Origin: Octopus sinensis
Lineage: Eukaryota
Assembly (NCBI RefSeq): GCF_006345805.1
Contig: NC_043006.1
Coordinates: 42,160,001-42,224,000, forward strand
DNA length: 64,000 bases
Direction of reading: 5' to 3'
Of the stretch, positions 27,004-39,317 are shown one piece after another. Numbering within the stretch: the first letter of the stretch is position 1; the number at the start of each line of letters is the position of its first letter. Made by a program: the position numbers and the translations under genes. The notes beneath the pieces are model-generated. The model was not told the DNA's origin and made no database searches. It was given only the letters and a program-made list of their open reading frames with translations.

Positions 27004-27051
<48 letters not shown>

Positions 27052-27054
<3 letters not shown>

Positions 27055-27305
27055 GGTGTAGCTGTGTGGTAAGAAGTTTGTTTACTAACCACATGGTTCT
27101 GAGTTCACTCCCACTGCGTGGCACCTTGGGCAAGTGTCTTCTACTATAGCCTCGGGCTGACCAAAGCCTTGTGAGGGGATTTGGTAGACAGAAACTGAAA
27201 GAAGCCCGTCGTATATACTTGTGTGCCTGTGTTTGTCCTCACTGTCACTTGAAAACCTATGTTGGTGTGTTTACGTCCCTGTAACTTAGCGGTTCGGCAG
27301 AATAG
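27052..27305 (+). mobile_element. SINE family A, 3' truncated
   Basis: Head plus ggtgtgtttacgtccctgtaacttagcggttcggc. Confidence 0.8.
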
Positions 27306-27529
27306 ATAGTAATTGCTCTGAGCAATCTTAATTCCGGAATAAAATGGAATACGCTACCTATAATATTATTCTCCTACGGTACAATTATGTCACTAACGTT
27401 TAAAAAGTCGTGTAATTCTGTTCTATCCATATGTTGTTTTTCTATATCATAGAAAGAGACGTACGAATTACAGTAGCTGTCCTATACTCTTACACACATA
27501 CTCACCATCTCTCTATCCCTCCTTTTTTC

Positions 27530-28778
27530 AAGTAACGAAGCTAAAGCACGGAAAGTGAAGCTGCTTGGCACAGATTGACCTTGACCTCTGCTATGCATGC
27601 ACACTACATTTTTATGTTCTAACTTACTTCCGCTGTTTACAGCAGTGCTTGGAATGAAGGTGTGTAGCGTGTGATCGTCGTACTGACCATGACAGAGAAA
27701 GTTGAACAGAGAATTTGCATCAAATTTCGCCAAAAGCTTGGCGATATCTGCTCAGAAGCCTACGCAATGTTGCAGAAAGTGTCTGGAGAGGTGTTTATGG
27801 GCTGCGCACAAGTGTACGAGTGATTCAGCCGTTTCCAAGATGGCCGAAAAAATGACGGAAGTGACGAACGTTCTGGAAGACCCGCAACTAGCAGAACTGA
27901 GAAAAACATCGCAGATGTGCGTGCAGATGTGAGTGGAAATCGTAGAATCACCATCCGTGAGTTACCAGAAAATGTGCAGATTAGTTACTTTTCAGCTCAA
28001 TCCATTATCTATGAAGATGTGGGTATAAGATGCGTGTCTTCCAAGCTTGTGCCAAAACTGTTTTCAGCTGACCAAAAAAAAAAACCCTCTAGCTTCAGAT
28101 GCTCAAGACCTCCTTGATTGTGTCGAGAACGATGAAAACTTTTTGAAAACAGTCATAACGGATGATGAATCGTGGGTCTATGGCTATGACCCCGAAACAA
28201 ATGCTCAGTGTTCGCAATGGAAGACCCCAACCTCTCCGAGACCAAAGAAAGTACAAATGAGACGAAGCAATGTGAAAACACTGGTAACAGTTTTCTTCGA
28301 CTTCAAGGGGATTTTTCATCATGAGCATGCTCCACCTGCTCAGACATGGAGTACTACCGTGACGTTTTGCGGCGTTTGTGGGATGCTATTCTTCGGAAAA
28401 AGGTCACAATTGCGCCATGACGACACACCTGTCCATTCAGCGTAGCTAGTGCAACAGGTTTTGGCTAAGTATAGCATTCCCCGGGTCCTACAGCCACCGT
28501 ATTTCCCAGATATCGCCTCTGGCGACTTTTTCCTCTTTCCAAAAATCAAATCCCGCTTGAAAGGAAGAAGACCTCAGAACGTCATGGAAAGCAAAGTGAA
28601 TGCGAGGAGGCAGATGCTGATTATCCCAGAAAACGAATTCCAGGAATGCTTCCATCGATGGATTAAACGCGTGGCTTCCGAAGAGGACTACTTTGAAGGA
28701 GATTAAATGTCAAATTGGTACGTGTTGTAGTCTTGCTTTTATAGCACCAGTCCGGATACTTATTGATCAGACCTCGTA
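27530..28778 (+). mobile_element. Decayed near-complete mariner transposon lacking the left TIR (transposase pseudogene 27689-28706)
   Basis: MTEKVEQRICIKF...ERSGRP...WVYGYDPET...PYFPDIASGDFFLFPKIK...GDYFEGD-like end, with frameshifts. Right TIR ccggatacttattgatcagacctcg-TA. Confidence 0.92.
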
Positions 28779-29659
28779 TGTGTACATATATAAATGTATA
28801 TGTGTGTGTGTGTGTGTGTATGGGTGTGCATATATTCCCTCTCCTTGTCCCCTGTCTGATTCTTTTTTTCCTTTTTAGGTACCTTGTATTAGCACTCAGC
28901 CAGTACCTCATATTTTAACAATCTCTACATCTGTCTTTTACTCTTTCTCTACTGTATCTTCCTAAACAATGTAAATCGTGACTATAGACTCAACCAGCCA
29001 GCTAACCAACATTTATCTCAGCCTTTGTATAGAGATAATGTGACGCACCTACATGGTTCCACCAACTAAATTCTGCTCACAAGGTGTAGAGGCTATAGTA
29101 GATTGAATGAACTTGCTCAACATGTCACTCAGTGAAATCCGAACCGAAACAACACGGTTGCTAAACGATCTTCCTAGCCAATCAGCCAAACTTGATTGTT
29201 ACTTACATATTCTATCGACTCAAACGGAATATGAATTCGTGGGAGCGTAAATTGCATGTGAGTGTATATATGCAAGTCATCCCGTCCGGCACTCTGCGCT
29301 TTTCTTCCACTCCATCAAATTCATCTTTGAAGAAACTAATGTCTTAATTTATCTTAAGGCTTGAATCTAAAAGTTATTTCGTTACTCAATGATAAGATCG
29401 TGTGATTCTGGTGAGCTTCCATCACAATCTATTCCGACGTTTCCTTCAATAAATAAAACATTTCAGCATTTTTTCCATATATAGACATGACATTAAACAT
29501 TTGGGGAGAGATTTCTCCGTATTTTCTTTTCTTTTCTTTTCTGTTTGTTTTTTTCCCCTTTCTTTTTTTTTTTAGGAAGAAATGAGAAATGATCACGTAT
29601 TTGTCTTTCCGAAGGGTATTAGTCGTGCATGTGATATGAATGTGCAAACAACAAGAACG

Positions 29660-29729
<70 letters not shown>

Positions 29730-29972
29730 TAATGATCTTTTTTTCTTGGCCACTAGCGCCCGAAACGTTGGGGACAAAACGGGGGCGAAATACAAATGAA
29801 AATGAAAAATCAAAAGGAAAAAACGAGACGATGAAGGAAAGGTAAAAATGAACAGAGTTAAACCATCCCGAGGGGGCTTTATCTGTGCGAGTTGTAAGTT
29901 GGTAAATAGGAAAAAGTAAATTTCATATAAGCTACATCGATAACTGTGTATATATGTGTGTGTGTATGTATG

Positions 29973-30044
<72 letters not shown>

Positions 30045-30432
30045 TATTTATTTATATGTATGTACATACATAAATGCAATTCATTATTCAGCTATATATG
30101 TGTGAGTGTCTATGTCTCTGTATATCAATATTTATGTGTGTGCGTGTGTGTATGTGTGTGTGTGTGGAGTGTGTCACGATGCTTCAATATATAAATACGC
30201 AGAACGAAAATTGAGTCCGAAACAAACTTCCTTCGTTTCTTTTTCCTTTCCTTTTTTATTTCGATTATTCTTTCGTGACTGGATGAATTCTCAATAGGAG
30301 AAAGCTGGAAAATTAATGGACGAAAATTAATATAAGAAAATATCGTTAAAGTTCAAAAACAACGAAAAGGAGGCTGCATAAAAGTATATGTAAATGTGAA
30401 CTCAGGTCTCACACTCATACACATTATATACA

Positions 30433-31330
30433 TACATGGTCTGATCAATAAGTATCCGGACTGTTGCTATAGTAACGAAGCTAAAACACGGGGAGTAAAG
30501 CTGCTGGGTACAGATTGACCTTGAATTCTGCTGTGCATGCTTAATAAGTTTTAACGTTCTAGCTCACTTTCGCTGTTTACAGCAGTGCTTGGAAGGAAGG
30601 TGTGTAGCGTACGAGCGTCACATTGTCCATGACAGAGTAAGTTCAGCAAAGAATCTGCATCAAATTTTGCCAAAACCTTGACGATACCTGCTCAGAGGCC
30701 TACACAAAGTTTTCAAAAAGTTTTCATCGTTCTCGACACAATCAAGGAGATCTTGTGCAACTCAAACCCGTGTGTCTTTTTGGTGAGATGTAAGTAGTTT
30801 TGGCACAAATTAGGCAGACACGCGTCTCATACCTAAACCTTTAGTGATAATTAACTGAACTGAACCGTAGCGAATCTGCGCATCCTGTCAACTAACAGAT
30901 GGTGATTTCACGATTTCCCCTCACAGCTGCACGAAACATCTGCGACGTTTTTCTCAGTTCTGCTCTTTGAGGGTTTCCCAGAACGTTCGTCACCATCGAC
31001 ATTTTTTCGGCTGTCATGGGACCGTCTGAACCACTCGAACACTTGTGTGCGGCCCATGCACTCCTCTCCAACCACTTTCTGCAACATTGTGCAGGCCTCT
31101 GAGCAGGTATCGCCCAGATGGCTTTCTCTGTCATGGTCAACGCGACGATCACACGCTACACACCTTCCTTCCAAGCACTGCTGTAAACAGGGAAAATGAG
31201 CTAGGACGTTAAAACGTAGTGCGCATGCACAACAGAGTTCAAGGTCAATTTGTACCCAGCAGCTTTACTCTGCGTGCTTTAGCTTCGTTACTATATCAGT
31301 AGTATGGATATCTATTGATCACACCTCATA
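30433..31330. mobile_element. Foldback mariner derivative made of two inverted left ends
   Basis: TA-catggtctgatcaataagtatcc ... atctattgatcacacctca-TA. The forward arm covers the TIR to the transposase start; the inverted arm covers the TIR to ...ENDENFLK. Same family as 27530-28778. Confidence 0.8.
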
Positions 31331-31336
31331 TAGACA

Positions 31337-31670
31337 CAGGTGCAGCTGTGTGGCAAGAAGCTTACTTCACAGCCACAAGGTTCCGGGTTCAGTCTCACTC
31401 TGTGGCAAATGTCTCCTACGATAGCCTCGGGCCGACCAAAGCCTTATGACTGTATTTGGTTGACAGGAACTGGAAGAAGCCCGTTGTATATATATATATA
31501 TATAAATATATATATATAATATATATACATAAGTATATATTTATGTATCCTTAGCGGTTCAGCAAAAGGGACGACAGAATAGGTACTAAACTTTAGGGAA
31601 ATTAAGTCCTGGGGTCGATTTGTTCGACGAAAACTCTTCAAAGTCATGAAACAACTAAAAGATAAAAAGT
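31337..31670 (+). mobile_element. SINE family A (internally deleted)
   Basis: Head and tail motifs around a (TA)n tract. Confidence 0.7.
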
Positions 31671-31799
31671 ACATGTATATGTGTGTGTATGTTTGTATGT
31701 ACGTACGTTTGTATGTATGTATGCATATATTTATGTATGTATATACGTACATATGTATGTGTATGCGTATACATGTATGTGTATGTATGTTTGTATGTA

Positions 31800-32045
31800 C
31801 GTAAACACACCACCATCGGTTGTCAAGTGAGGGTGGGGGAACAAACACAAACACACAAATACATACATATATATATATATATATACGACGGGTTTCTTAC
31901 AATTCCTGTCCACAAAATACACTTACAAGGCTTTGGTCGGAGTGTGGCTATAATGGAAGACACTTGACCAAGGTACCACACAGTGGGAATGAACCCGGAA
32001 CCAAGTTGTTGGAAAGTAAGCTTTTTACCACACAGCCACTCATAT
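31800..32045 (-). mobile_element. SINE family A
   Basis: acacaccaccatcggttgtcaag...ttaccacacagccact. Confidence 0.75.
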
Positions 32046-32405
32046 GCCATATGTTCATATTTAGAGAATATAACCAAAAAACAATGGAAGCATGTTACAT
32101 AAAATATAATAAACGTTATAGAGTTTCACATTGAAACAAAAAACAAATAACGTTTCGAGCGTAAATCTTTCATCTGAAATATGGTACGGGACCAGTAGGG
32201 AGGAAAATAACATGGTTTCTATTCTACATTTACCTTACGCCTTTAATGATCAATAGAGAACCCTCTAAGTACTTGGGGGATAGTCTTCTCTTTCTCTCTC
32301 CTTCTCTCTTTCTCTTTCTCTTACTCCTTCGCTCTCTTTTTCTCTAGTTAGTAATAGAATAGTTAGTATAATGGAATAGTTAGTATAAAGCATTGTGTGG
32401 AATAT

Positions 32406-32588
32406 ATTATACAAAATTCGTGGGCAAGGCCGGAACAATGCTAGATAAATCCCCTTCCTGAAGAGGAGGTCATAACCCTGACATACTGAATACAGGGTAA
32501 GTCACCATTAATTCATATGCGTGTTTTCTCGTGATTTGTTTGAATTTATTTTGCTTGTTCCGGCCTTACTCACGAATTTTATATAATA
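32406..32588. mobile_element. Unclassified MITE with about 33-bp TIRs
   Basis: tattatacaaaattcgtgggcaaggccggaacaa / ttgttccggccttactcacgaattttatataata. Confidence 0.7.
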
Positions 32589-33141
32589 TATATATAAATA
32601 GATAGATATATTGTTAAACAACTTAATGCTTTTCTTTCAATAACAAAAAGAGACAAGGTCATTTGATGGCTGTGTGCAAGTATTTTTCCCGCCAATAGAT
32701 GCATCATTATATGTGTTATGCGGATAACTAATGATGCAGCCATGTATAAGTGTGCGTATGTATGTTTGTATGTATTTATGTATGTATGTATGTGTAGATG
32801 TATGTATACATAGATATATATGTGTGTGTGAGCATATATATATAATATATATATATATATATGTGCATACATGAACATTTATAAATGAATATATGTATAG
32901 TTGTCTCTGTGTGTCTATGTATGTATGCATGCTTATGTGCATATATATGAATGCACATGTGTACATTTAGATATGCATATATTGATCTGTATTTGTCTTA
33001 TTTACCAGTTTGTAACTCAATATGCTCATATTTCCATGTCTTTTATTAATATTCGTATCACCTAAGCCTGCCCCTATCTATTTGTCTGTAATCTCTCAAT
33101 CTATATGTATTCATACTTACCTATCTGTCAATCTACCTATT

Positions 33142-33262
<121 letters not shown>

Positions 33263-33271
33263 CATGCATAC

Positions 33272-33321
<50 letters not shown>

Positions 33322-33599
33322 CTTGCCTTCTTGTCTTTTTGTTTATTCATATCAAAATGGTTTCTGGTATAATTCTGTCGTAAACAAATCGATCAATGGA
33401 GATCTATCACAAAATAATTTCGTCAAAGTAAAATGAAATTTTGCCAAATAAGATTTTCAGAAAACGTACAACAAGAAAAAAAAAGAAATAATACAAAAGA
33501 CGAGAATGTACAAAAATCGAAAATGGAAAGAATTTTTAAAGAACAGGTTCAACTTGTACATGAATATAGTTAGATCTTGCAATGAAAGCCTGATACACA

Positions 33600-34025
33600 T
33601 TGGTTATAGCTCATAGCCATTTTTTTTTGCCTCTTTACATTGGACGGCGACCACACTTGGATACCCCTTTGAAGGGTTTAGTAGAAGAAATCGATCCCAG
33701 TATTGTTAAATCAGATATTTATTTTATCGGGCTCTTTTGCCGAACTTCTAAGTTACAGGCCTTACACAAATCAACACCAGTTGTCAAGACTCACACACAC
33801 ACACCACACACACACACACACACACAAACACGTACACATACACACAGATAAATACATATATGTATGCATGTATGTGTATACGACGGACTTCCACATAGTT
33901 TCCGTCTACTAAATTCACTAACAAGGCATTGGTTGACCCGAGGCTATAGTATAAAAAAAACTTGCCCAAGGTGTTGCCCAGTGGAACTGAACATGAACTT
34001 ACATCGTTGCAAAATGAGCTCCTTC
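33600..34025 (-). mobile_element. SINE family A
   Basis: Tail-to-head motifs on the minus strand with internal (CA)n. Confidence 0.7.
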
Positions 34026-34090
34026 ATTACACATTCATGAATTGTTGATAAAAATTTTAACGTTTTTGTTTTTATTTCATCTTAAATAAT

Positions 34091-34344
34091 TATTGGGTTC
34101 ATGCATAATTATTGCGGCTTTTTTCAATAAATTTTATGCAACAAAAACAATAACAACATGTAACAAAAACATATTTAAATTATTACTCCGGAGCATATTC
34201 ACCATCTACTTCAATTACTACTTCTCATTTGCTTGGCAGACGGTCAGGCCGTCATTTAAAGATGTTTTTGTTAAATATTGTTATTGTTTTCGTTGGATAA
34301 AATTTGTTGAAGAAACGCCGCAATAATTATGCACCAACCCAATA
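34091..34344 (-). mobile_element. Hsmar1-like mariner MITE
   Basis: TIRs tattgggttcatgcataattattgcggc / gccgcaataattatgcaccaacccaata. Minus strand retains the transposase end ...VIEVDGEYAPE*. Confidence 0.8.
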
Positions 34345-34397
34345 GTTCGTAGTATTGTAAGGTTATCACCATATCATATTATTATTAATTTCCTAAT

Positions 34398-34842
34398 TAA
34401 GGCGGCGAGTTGGCAGAATCGTTAGCACGCTGGACGAAATGCTTAGTGTACTTCGTCTGCTGCTACATTTTGAGTTTAAATTTCGCCGAGGTCGATTCTG
34501 CCTTTCATCCTTTAGAGGGTGATTGTATAAGCACCAGTACATAATCCACTTAATCCTCTTTCCCAAGCTTCACTTGTGACAAAATTTGAAATCATTATTA
34601 TTATTTCTTTTTTCTAATTAAGGCGGCGAGCTGGCAGAAACGTTAGCACGCCGGGCGAAATGCTTTGTGGTATTTCGTCCGCCGCTGCGTTCTGAGTTCA
34701 AATTCCGCCGAGGTCGACTTTACCTTTCATCTTTTCGGGGTCGATAAATTAAGTACCATTTGAACACTGGGATCGATGTAATCGACTCATACCGTCCTGT
34801 AAAATTACTGCTCTTGTAGAAAAATTTGGAACCATTATTATT
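34398..34842 (+). mobile_element. Two adjacent SINE B copies (34398 and 34619)
   Basis: Each starts taaggcggcgag(t/c)tggcagaa. Confidence 0.85.
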
Positions 34843-35134
34843 TTTCTGATTTGAAACTCTGTGTATGTGTATGTTTTGTGTGCGTGTATAAATTTTGTGT
34901 ACATGTGTGTGTGTATTGAAAAATCTTTGTTATTATTTTCATATCCTAGCTTCAGTGACTCAGAAAAAGTGGATTTAAAAACAATCAGTGCTTCACAAAA
35001 TTAAATTATTCCCCCTTCATGTCTGCAGACAAATATTTTTTATTAAAAGGAATGATTAGTGGTAGCTCTGACTGTTGTAATAGCGATAGTAATGAAACTG
35101 TCGCTTCCGTTGTATAAATATTGATTTCAAATTT

Positions 35135-35350
35135 TGGCATAAGGGTAGTAGAATCGGGGGGAGTGGGAAAGTCGATTACAACGACCCCCGTATTCAACTG
35201 GTATTTATTTTATCGGTTCCGAAAGGATGAAAGGCAAAGTAGAGGTCAACGGAATTTGAACTTAGAACGTAAAGACGGACAAAAAGACTAACGAAATACC
35301 GTAAGCAATTTGCCTGACGTTCTTAACGATTCTGCCAGCACGCCGCCTTA
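35135..35350 (-). mobile_element. SINE B
   Basis: Body and head motifs on the minus strand. Confidence 0.75.
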
Positions 35351-35367
35351 TTTCCGTTGTATAGATA

Positions 35368-36290
35368 TTCTATTCTACTCTATGCACAAGGCCCGAAATT
35401 TTGGGGGAGGGAGCCAGTCGATTACATCGAATCCGACTTCGGCGGAATTTGAACTCACAACGTAAAGACAGACGAAATACCTATTTCTTTACTACCCACA
35501 AGGGGCTAAACACAGAGAGGACAAACAAGGACAGACAAACGGATTAAGCCGATTATTTCGACACCAGTGCGTAACTGATACTTATTTAATCGACCCCGAA
35601 AGGATGAAAGGCAAAGTCGACCTAGGCGGAATTATGCACTCAGAACGTAGCGGCAGACGAAATACCGCCAAGCATTTCACGCGGCTTGCTAACGCTTCTT
35701 ATTTCTTTACTGCCAACAAGGGACTAAACATAGAGAGAACAAACAAGGACAGACAAAAGAATTCAGTCGATTATATCGACCCCAGTGCGTAACTGGTACT
35801 TATTTAATCGACCCCGAAAGGATAAAAGGCAAAGTCGACCTCGGCAGAATTTGAACTCAGAACGTAGCGATAGACGAAATGCCTATTTCTTTACTGCCCA
35901 CAAGAGGCTAAACACAGGGAGGACAAACAAGGACAGACAAAAGGATCAAGTCGATTATATCGACCCCAGTGCGTAAGGATGCCACCCCGAAAGGATGAAA
36001 AGCAAAATCGACCTCGGCGGAATTTTGCACTCAAAACGTAGCGGCAGACGAAATACCTATTTCTTTACTACCCACAAGGGGCTAAACACAGAGAGGACAA
36101 ACAAGGACAGACAAACGGATTAAGTCGATTACATCGACCCCAGTGCGTAGCTGGTACTTAATTTATCGACCCCGAAAGGATGAAAGGCAAAGTCGACCTC
36201 GGCGGAATTTGAACCCAGAACGTAACGGCAGACGAAATACTGCTAAGCATTTCGCCCGGCGTGCTAACGCTTCTGCCAGCTCGCTGCCTT
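35368..36290 (-). repeat. SINE B concatemer (one full head, four ~174-218 bp body/tail units, terminal alternative tail)
   Basis: Units start near 35482, 35700, 35884 and 36058. Confidence 0.88.
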
Positions 36291-36499
36291 TCCGTTGTAT
36301 AAATATTGCAACTACTTTCACTGTCAACGGCTTTATACGTCACACAGCCAGTAATGCAACTACTACTACTACTGCTGCTGCTACTACTACCACCACTACT
36401 ACTCCCACCACCGCTATTACGAACTCCGTAGAAATGCAAAGTAAGCCTTTTGTAGTTCTTTCTAGCAACAAGGTTGAATAAATAATTATTATCAGCCAT

Positions 36500-37625
36500 A
36501 ATAACAACCCCGAAGGCAACGAATAAATCATGTTGGACTTCAATTTGGTCCTGACAACTATCTCCTCATACATAAAATACCTAAGATTTGAAGGAAAGCT
36601 AGAGTAATCGCTCTTCTCAAACCCGGGAAAGATCAATCACACATAAAGAGGTTCCGACCGATTTCTTTCCTTTATCACACAAACTTTCTCAGTGATTAAT
36701 TCTGAACAGAATTTCATCCATTATTGAACATCATCTTATTAAAGAACAAACCACATTCCCTCTTGGAAAATCAACAACAATCCAACTTCTAAATCTCACT
36801 GAATATATACAAGATGGGTTTGAACAAACGAAAATCACAAGAACAGTTTTTGTTCATCTCACTGCGGCTTAGATAATGTTAATCACTGCTTATTGGGAAA
36901 AAAAAAACAAAATAAAAGATATAGGATTAAAACAAACCACATGACCCATCGGTGTTAGGATAGGAAATATATATTTCTTTGTAATCCTGAATAGCAAGAC
37001 GAGTCGCATTCGAAAATTAACAAACGGTGTACGTTAGGATAGCTAATTGACTCCATTCTTGTTTAACATCTGTAGAAATTATCAAATTAACTATTACAAT
37101 ATAAATGTTTTATCGCAGCCGATGATTTATTTATGTATATCACGCCAAAGGGAAAAGCTTAGCAACATCAGAACTAAGTGCTGCTTTAATCAATCTACAT
37201 TATTATTATAAGCTACAATCACTTAATTACGAATTCTATGAAAACAAAACACAAGCTACTGTATTTCATCTAAGGTGCAAAGAGACGAATAGAACGTTAA
37301 ATCTCTTGAATGCTAAATACCTTATGAGCGGAACTAGGATGAATCATTGCCAGGGAATTAAGTATTTTAGTATGTTACCAAAGCATGGACTAACATTTAG
37401 AAAATAATAATATGAATCAAAGTGATTACACAAAACAGTATTCTGTAAAAGTTAATATCTTTCTTGTATAGTATAAATCCTAAAGCACTCAAAACATTCG
37501 GCAATGCTCGACAACTGCAGAATATATATGCCAAGTATGGACTAGATGTGCAATTTCTAAAATAGGTGGACTCTATGCTCAGTATGACACGCCACTATAT
37601 GGCTGATTGCCTCAGAATTTCAAAA
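36500..37625 (+). mobile_element. Decayed reverse transcriptase fragment of an Ingi/Vingi-like LINE
   Basis: LILNRISSIIEHHLIKEQ...GKSTTIQLLNLTEYIQDGFEQ...VFVHLTAA*DNVNH; TPFLFNI; ADDL; KTQATVFHLR; TAEYICQVWTR. Confidence 0.72.
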
Positions 37626-37649
37626 ACAAATTCTTTCTACAGAAGGTAC

Positions 37650-37855
37650 ACTGCTTGAAATTTTGGAGGGAAGAAGCTAGTTGACTACATCGATGTCAGT
37701 GCTCAGTTGGTAGCTATTTTATCGATTCCGTAGGGACGAGAGGCAAAGTCAGCCTCGTCGAAATTTAAACTCAGAAAGTAAAGCCGAAAGACAAATAGGC
37801 ACTAAGCATTTTTTTTCTCAGGCGCGGTAACGATTTAGCCAGCTTGCGTACTTTA
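37650..37855 (-). mobile_element. Decayed SINE B
   Basis: ggcaaagtcagcctcgtcgaaatttaaactcagaa...gccagctt. Confidence 0.65.
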
Positions 37856-38109
37856 TTTCACATATCATATCAATAATAATTACCACTTAGATGGAAGTGT
37901 TCCCTCTCTTATTTGGAGGATCGTTTCCAGACAAAATTCGAAATTAAATTTTCATGAAAGACATTCATTATATCTTTCTCAGCAAATAATTTTTTTCTTT
38001 TTGTTTTTAGAATGAAAAAAGAGTTTTATAACATCCAACGTTCCACTGGATGTTCCCACAAAATAAAAAACGTTATTTGCATTCTACTATTATTCTATTG
38101 TTATTTCCT

Positions 38110-38800
38110 CTGGCTCTTTACGTTCTGAGTTCAAATCTCGCCGAGATCAGCTTTGGTTTTTCATGTTTTGTATGTCGATAAAATATAGTAACAGTCAAGT
38201 ACTGGCTTCATGGACTAAAAACCTCCTCCAAGTTTCAGTCTTTGAGTTTATATTAGAAAGAATTAATGTTGTTGTTGTTGTTGTTGTCAAGGCAGTAAGC
38301 TGGTAGAATTATCAACAGACCGGAGAAAATGCTTAGCGGCATTTCGTCCGTCTCAGTTCAAGTTCCGCCGAGGTCGAGACTTTGCCTTTCATCCTTTCGG
38401 GATCGATAAAATAAATACCAGTTGAGTACTGGGGTCGATGTAATCGACTTATACCCTCCCCCAAAAATTCAGGCTTCGTGCCTAGAGTAGAAAGGATTGT
38501 TGTTGTTGTAGTAGTAGTAGTAGTATAGTAGTAGTAGTAGTAGTATTAGTAGAAAAAGTAGTAGTAGTAGTAGTAGTAGTAGTAAAGGCGGTGATCTGTT
38601 GGAATTGTTAGCACGCCGGGCGAAATGCTTAACAGTATTTCGTCTGCCCTTACGTTCTGAGTTCAAATTTCGCCGATGTTGACTTTGCCTTTCATCCTTT
38701 CGAGGTCGATAAAATAAATGCCAGTTGAGTAGTGTGGTCGATGTAATCGACTTATGCCCTCCCCCAAAATGTCAGGCTTCGTACCTATAGTAGAAAATAT
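38110..38800 (+). mobile_element. Cluster of three SINE B copies separated by (GTT)n/(GTA)n
   Basis: Copies at about 38110, 38287 and 38584. Confidence 0.8.
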
Positions 38801-38994
38801 TATTATCATTATCATCATCATCATCACAATGTTAAATTGTTCAATTTATTTACAATGGTATTGCTGTATACTAGGACACTTTAGTGTAACCTATTGCATG
38901 CCCTGTCTATCATGCAACATATATGTATGTTACACGTTCCAAATTTTTTTCAGCCTTTAGAGTAACTTGGAACTTATGAAAGGAAAGCTTTAAC

Positions 38995-39317
38995 CGGCAT
39001 TCCGTCGGTTACGACGATGAGTACTCCATTTGACCCGATCAAAGGAACAGACTGCTCGTGAAATTAACTTACAAGTGGCTAAGCACTCCACATTCGTGCG
39101 TACTCTTAACGTAGTTGTCATGGAGATTCAGCATGATACAGAATGAGACAAGACTGGCCGTTTTGAATTGCATGTACAATTTATTTTTGCCAGCTGAATA
39201 GACTGAAGCAACATGAAGTAAAGTATCTTGCCCAAGAGCTCAACGTGCCGCCAGTAATCAAACTCGCAACTTTAGGCTTGTGACACGAATACCCTAACCA
39301 CTTAGTCACGTGCTTTC
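38995..39317 (-). mobile_element. SINE family C
   Basis: Aligns with 23072-23390. Confidence 0.8.

Larger units (their letters stand above)
25743..27007 (+). mobile_element. SINE family A split by nested insertions in its internal (TA)n
   Basis: Head 25743-25910, tail 26815-27007, with two other elements between them. Confidence 0.7.

Noticed and set aside
34619-34710. tRNA-like sequences with A- and B-boxes
   Set aside because: They are SINE heads that continue into SINE bodies; no complete cloverleaf is evident.
34705-34760. HDV-like ribozyme fold in the SINE B central domain (GTCGAC/GTCGAT pairing with a G-U base)
   Set aside because: L3 is too short, and the P1.1 GG and a P4/J4-2 catalytic C are not identifiable.
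35482-36290. Regularly spaced repeats resembling a CRISPR array
   Set aside because: The units are whole ~180-bp SINE bodies with no unique spacers; eukaryotic context and no cas genes.
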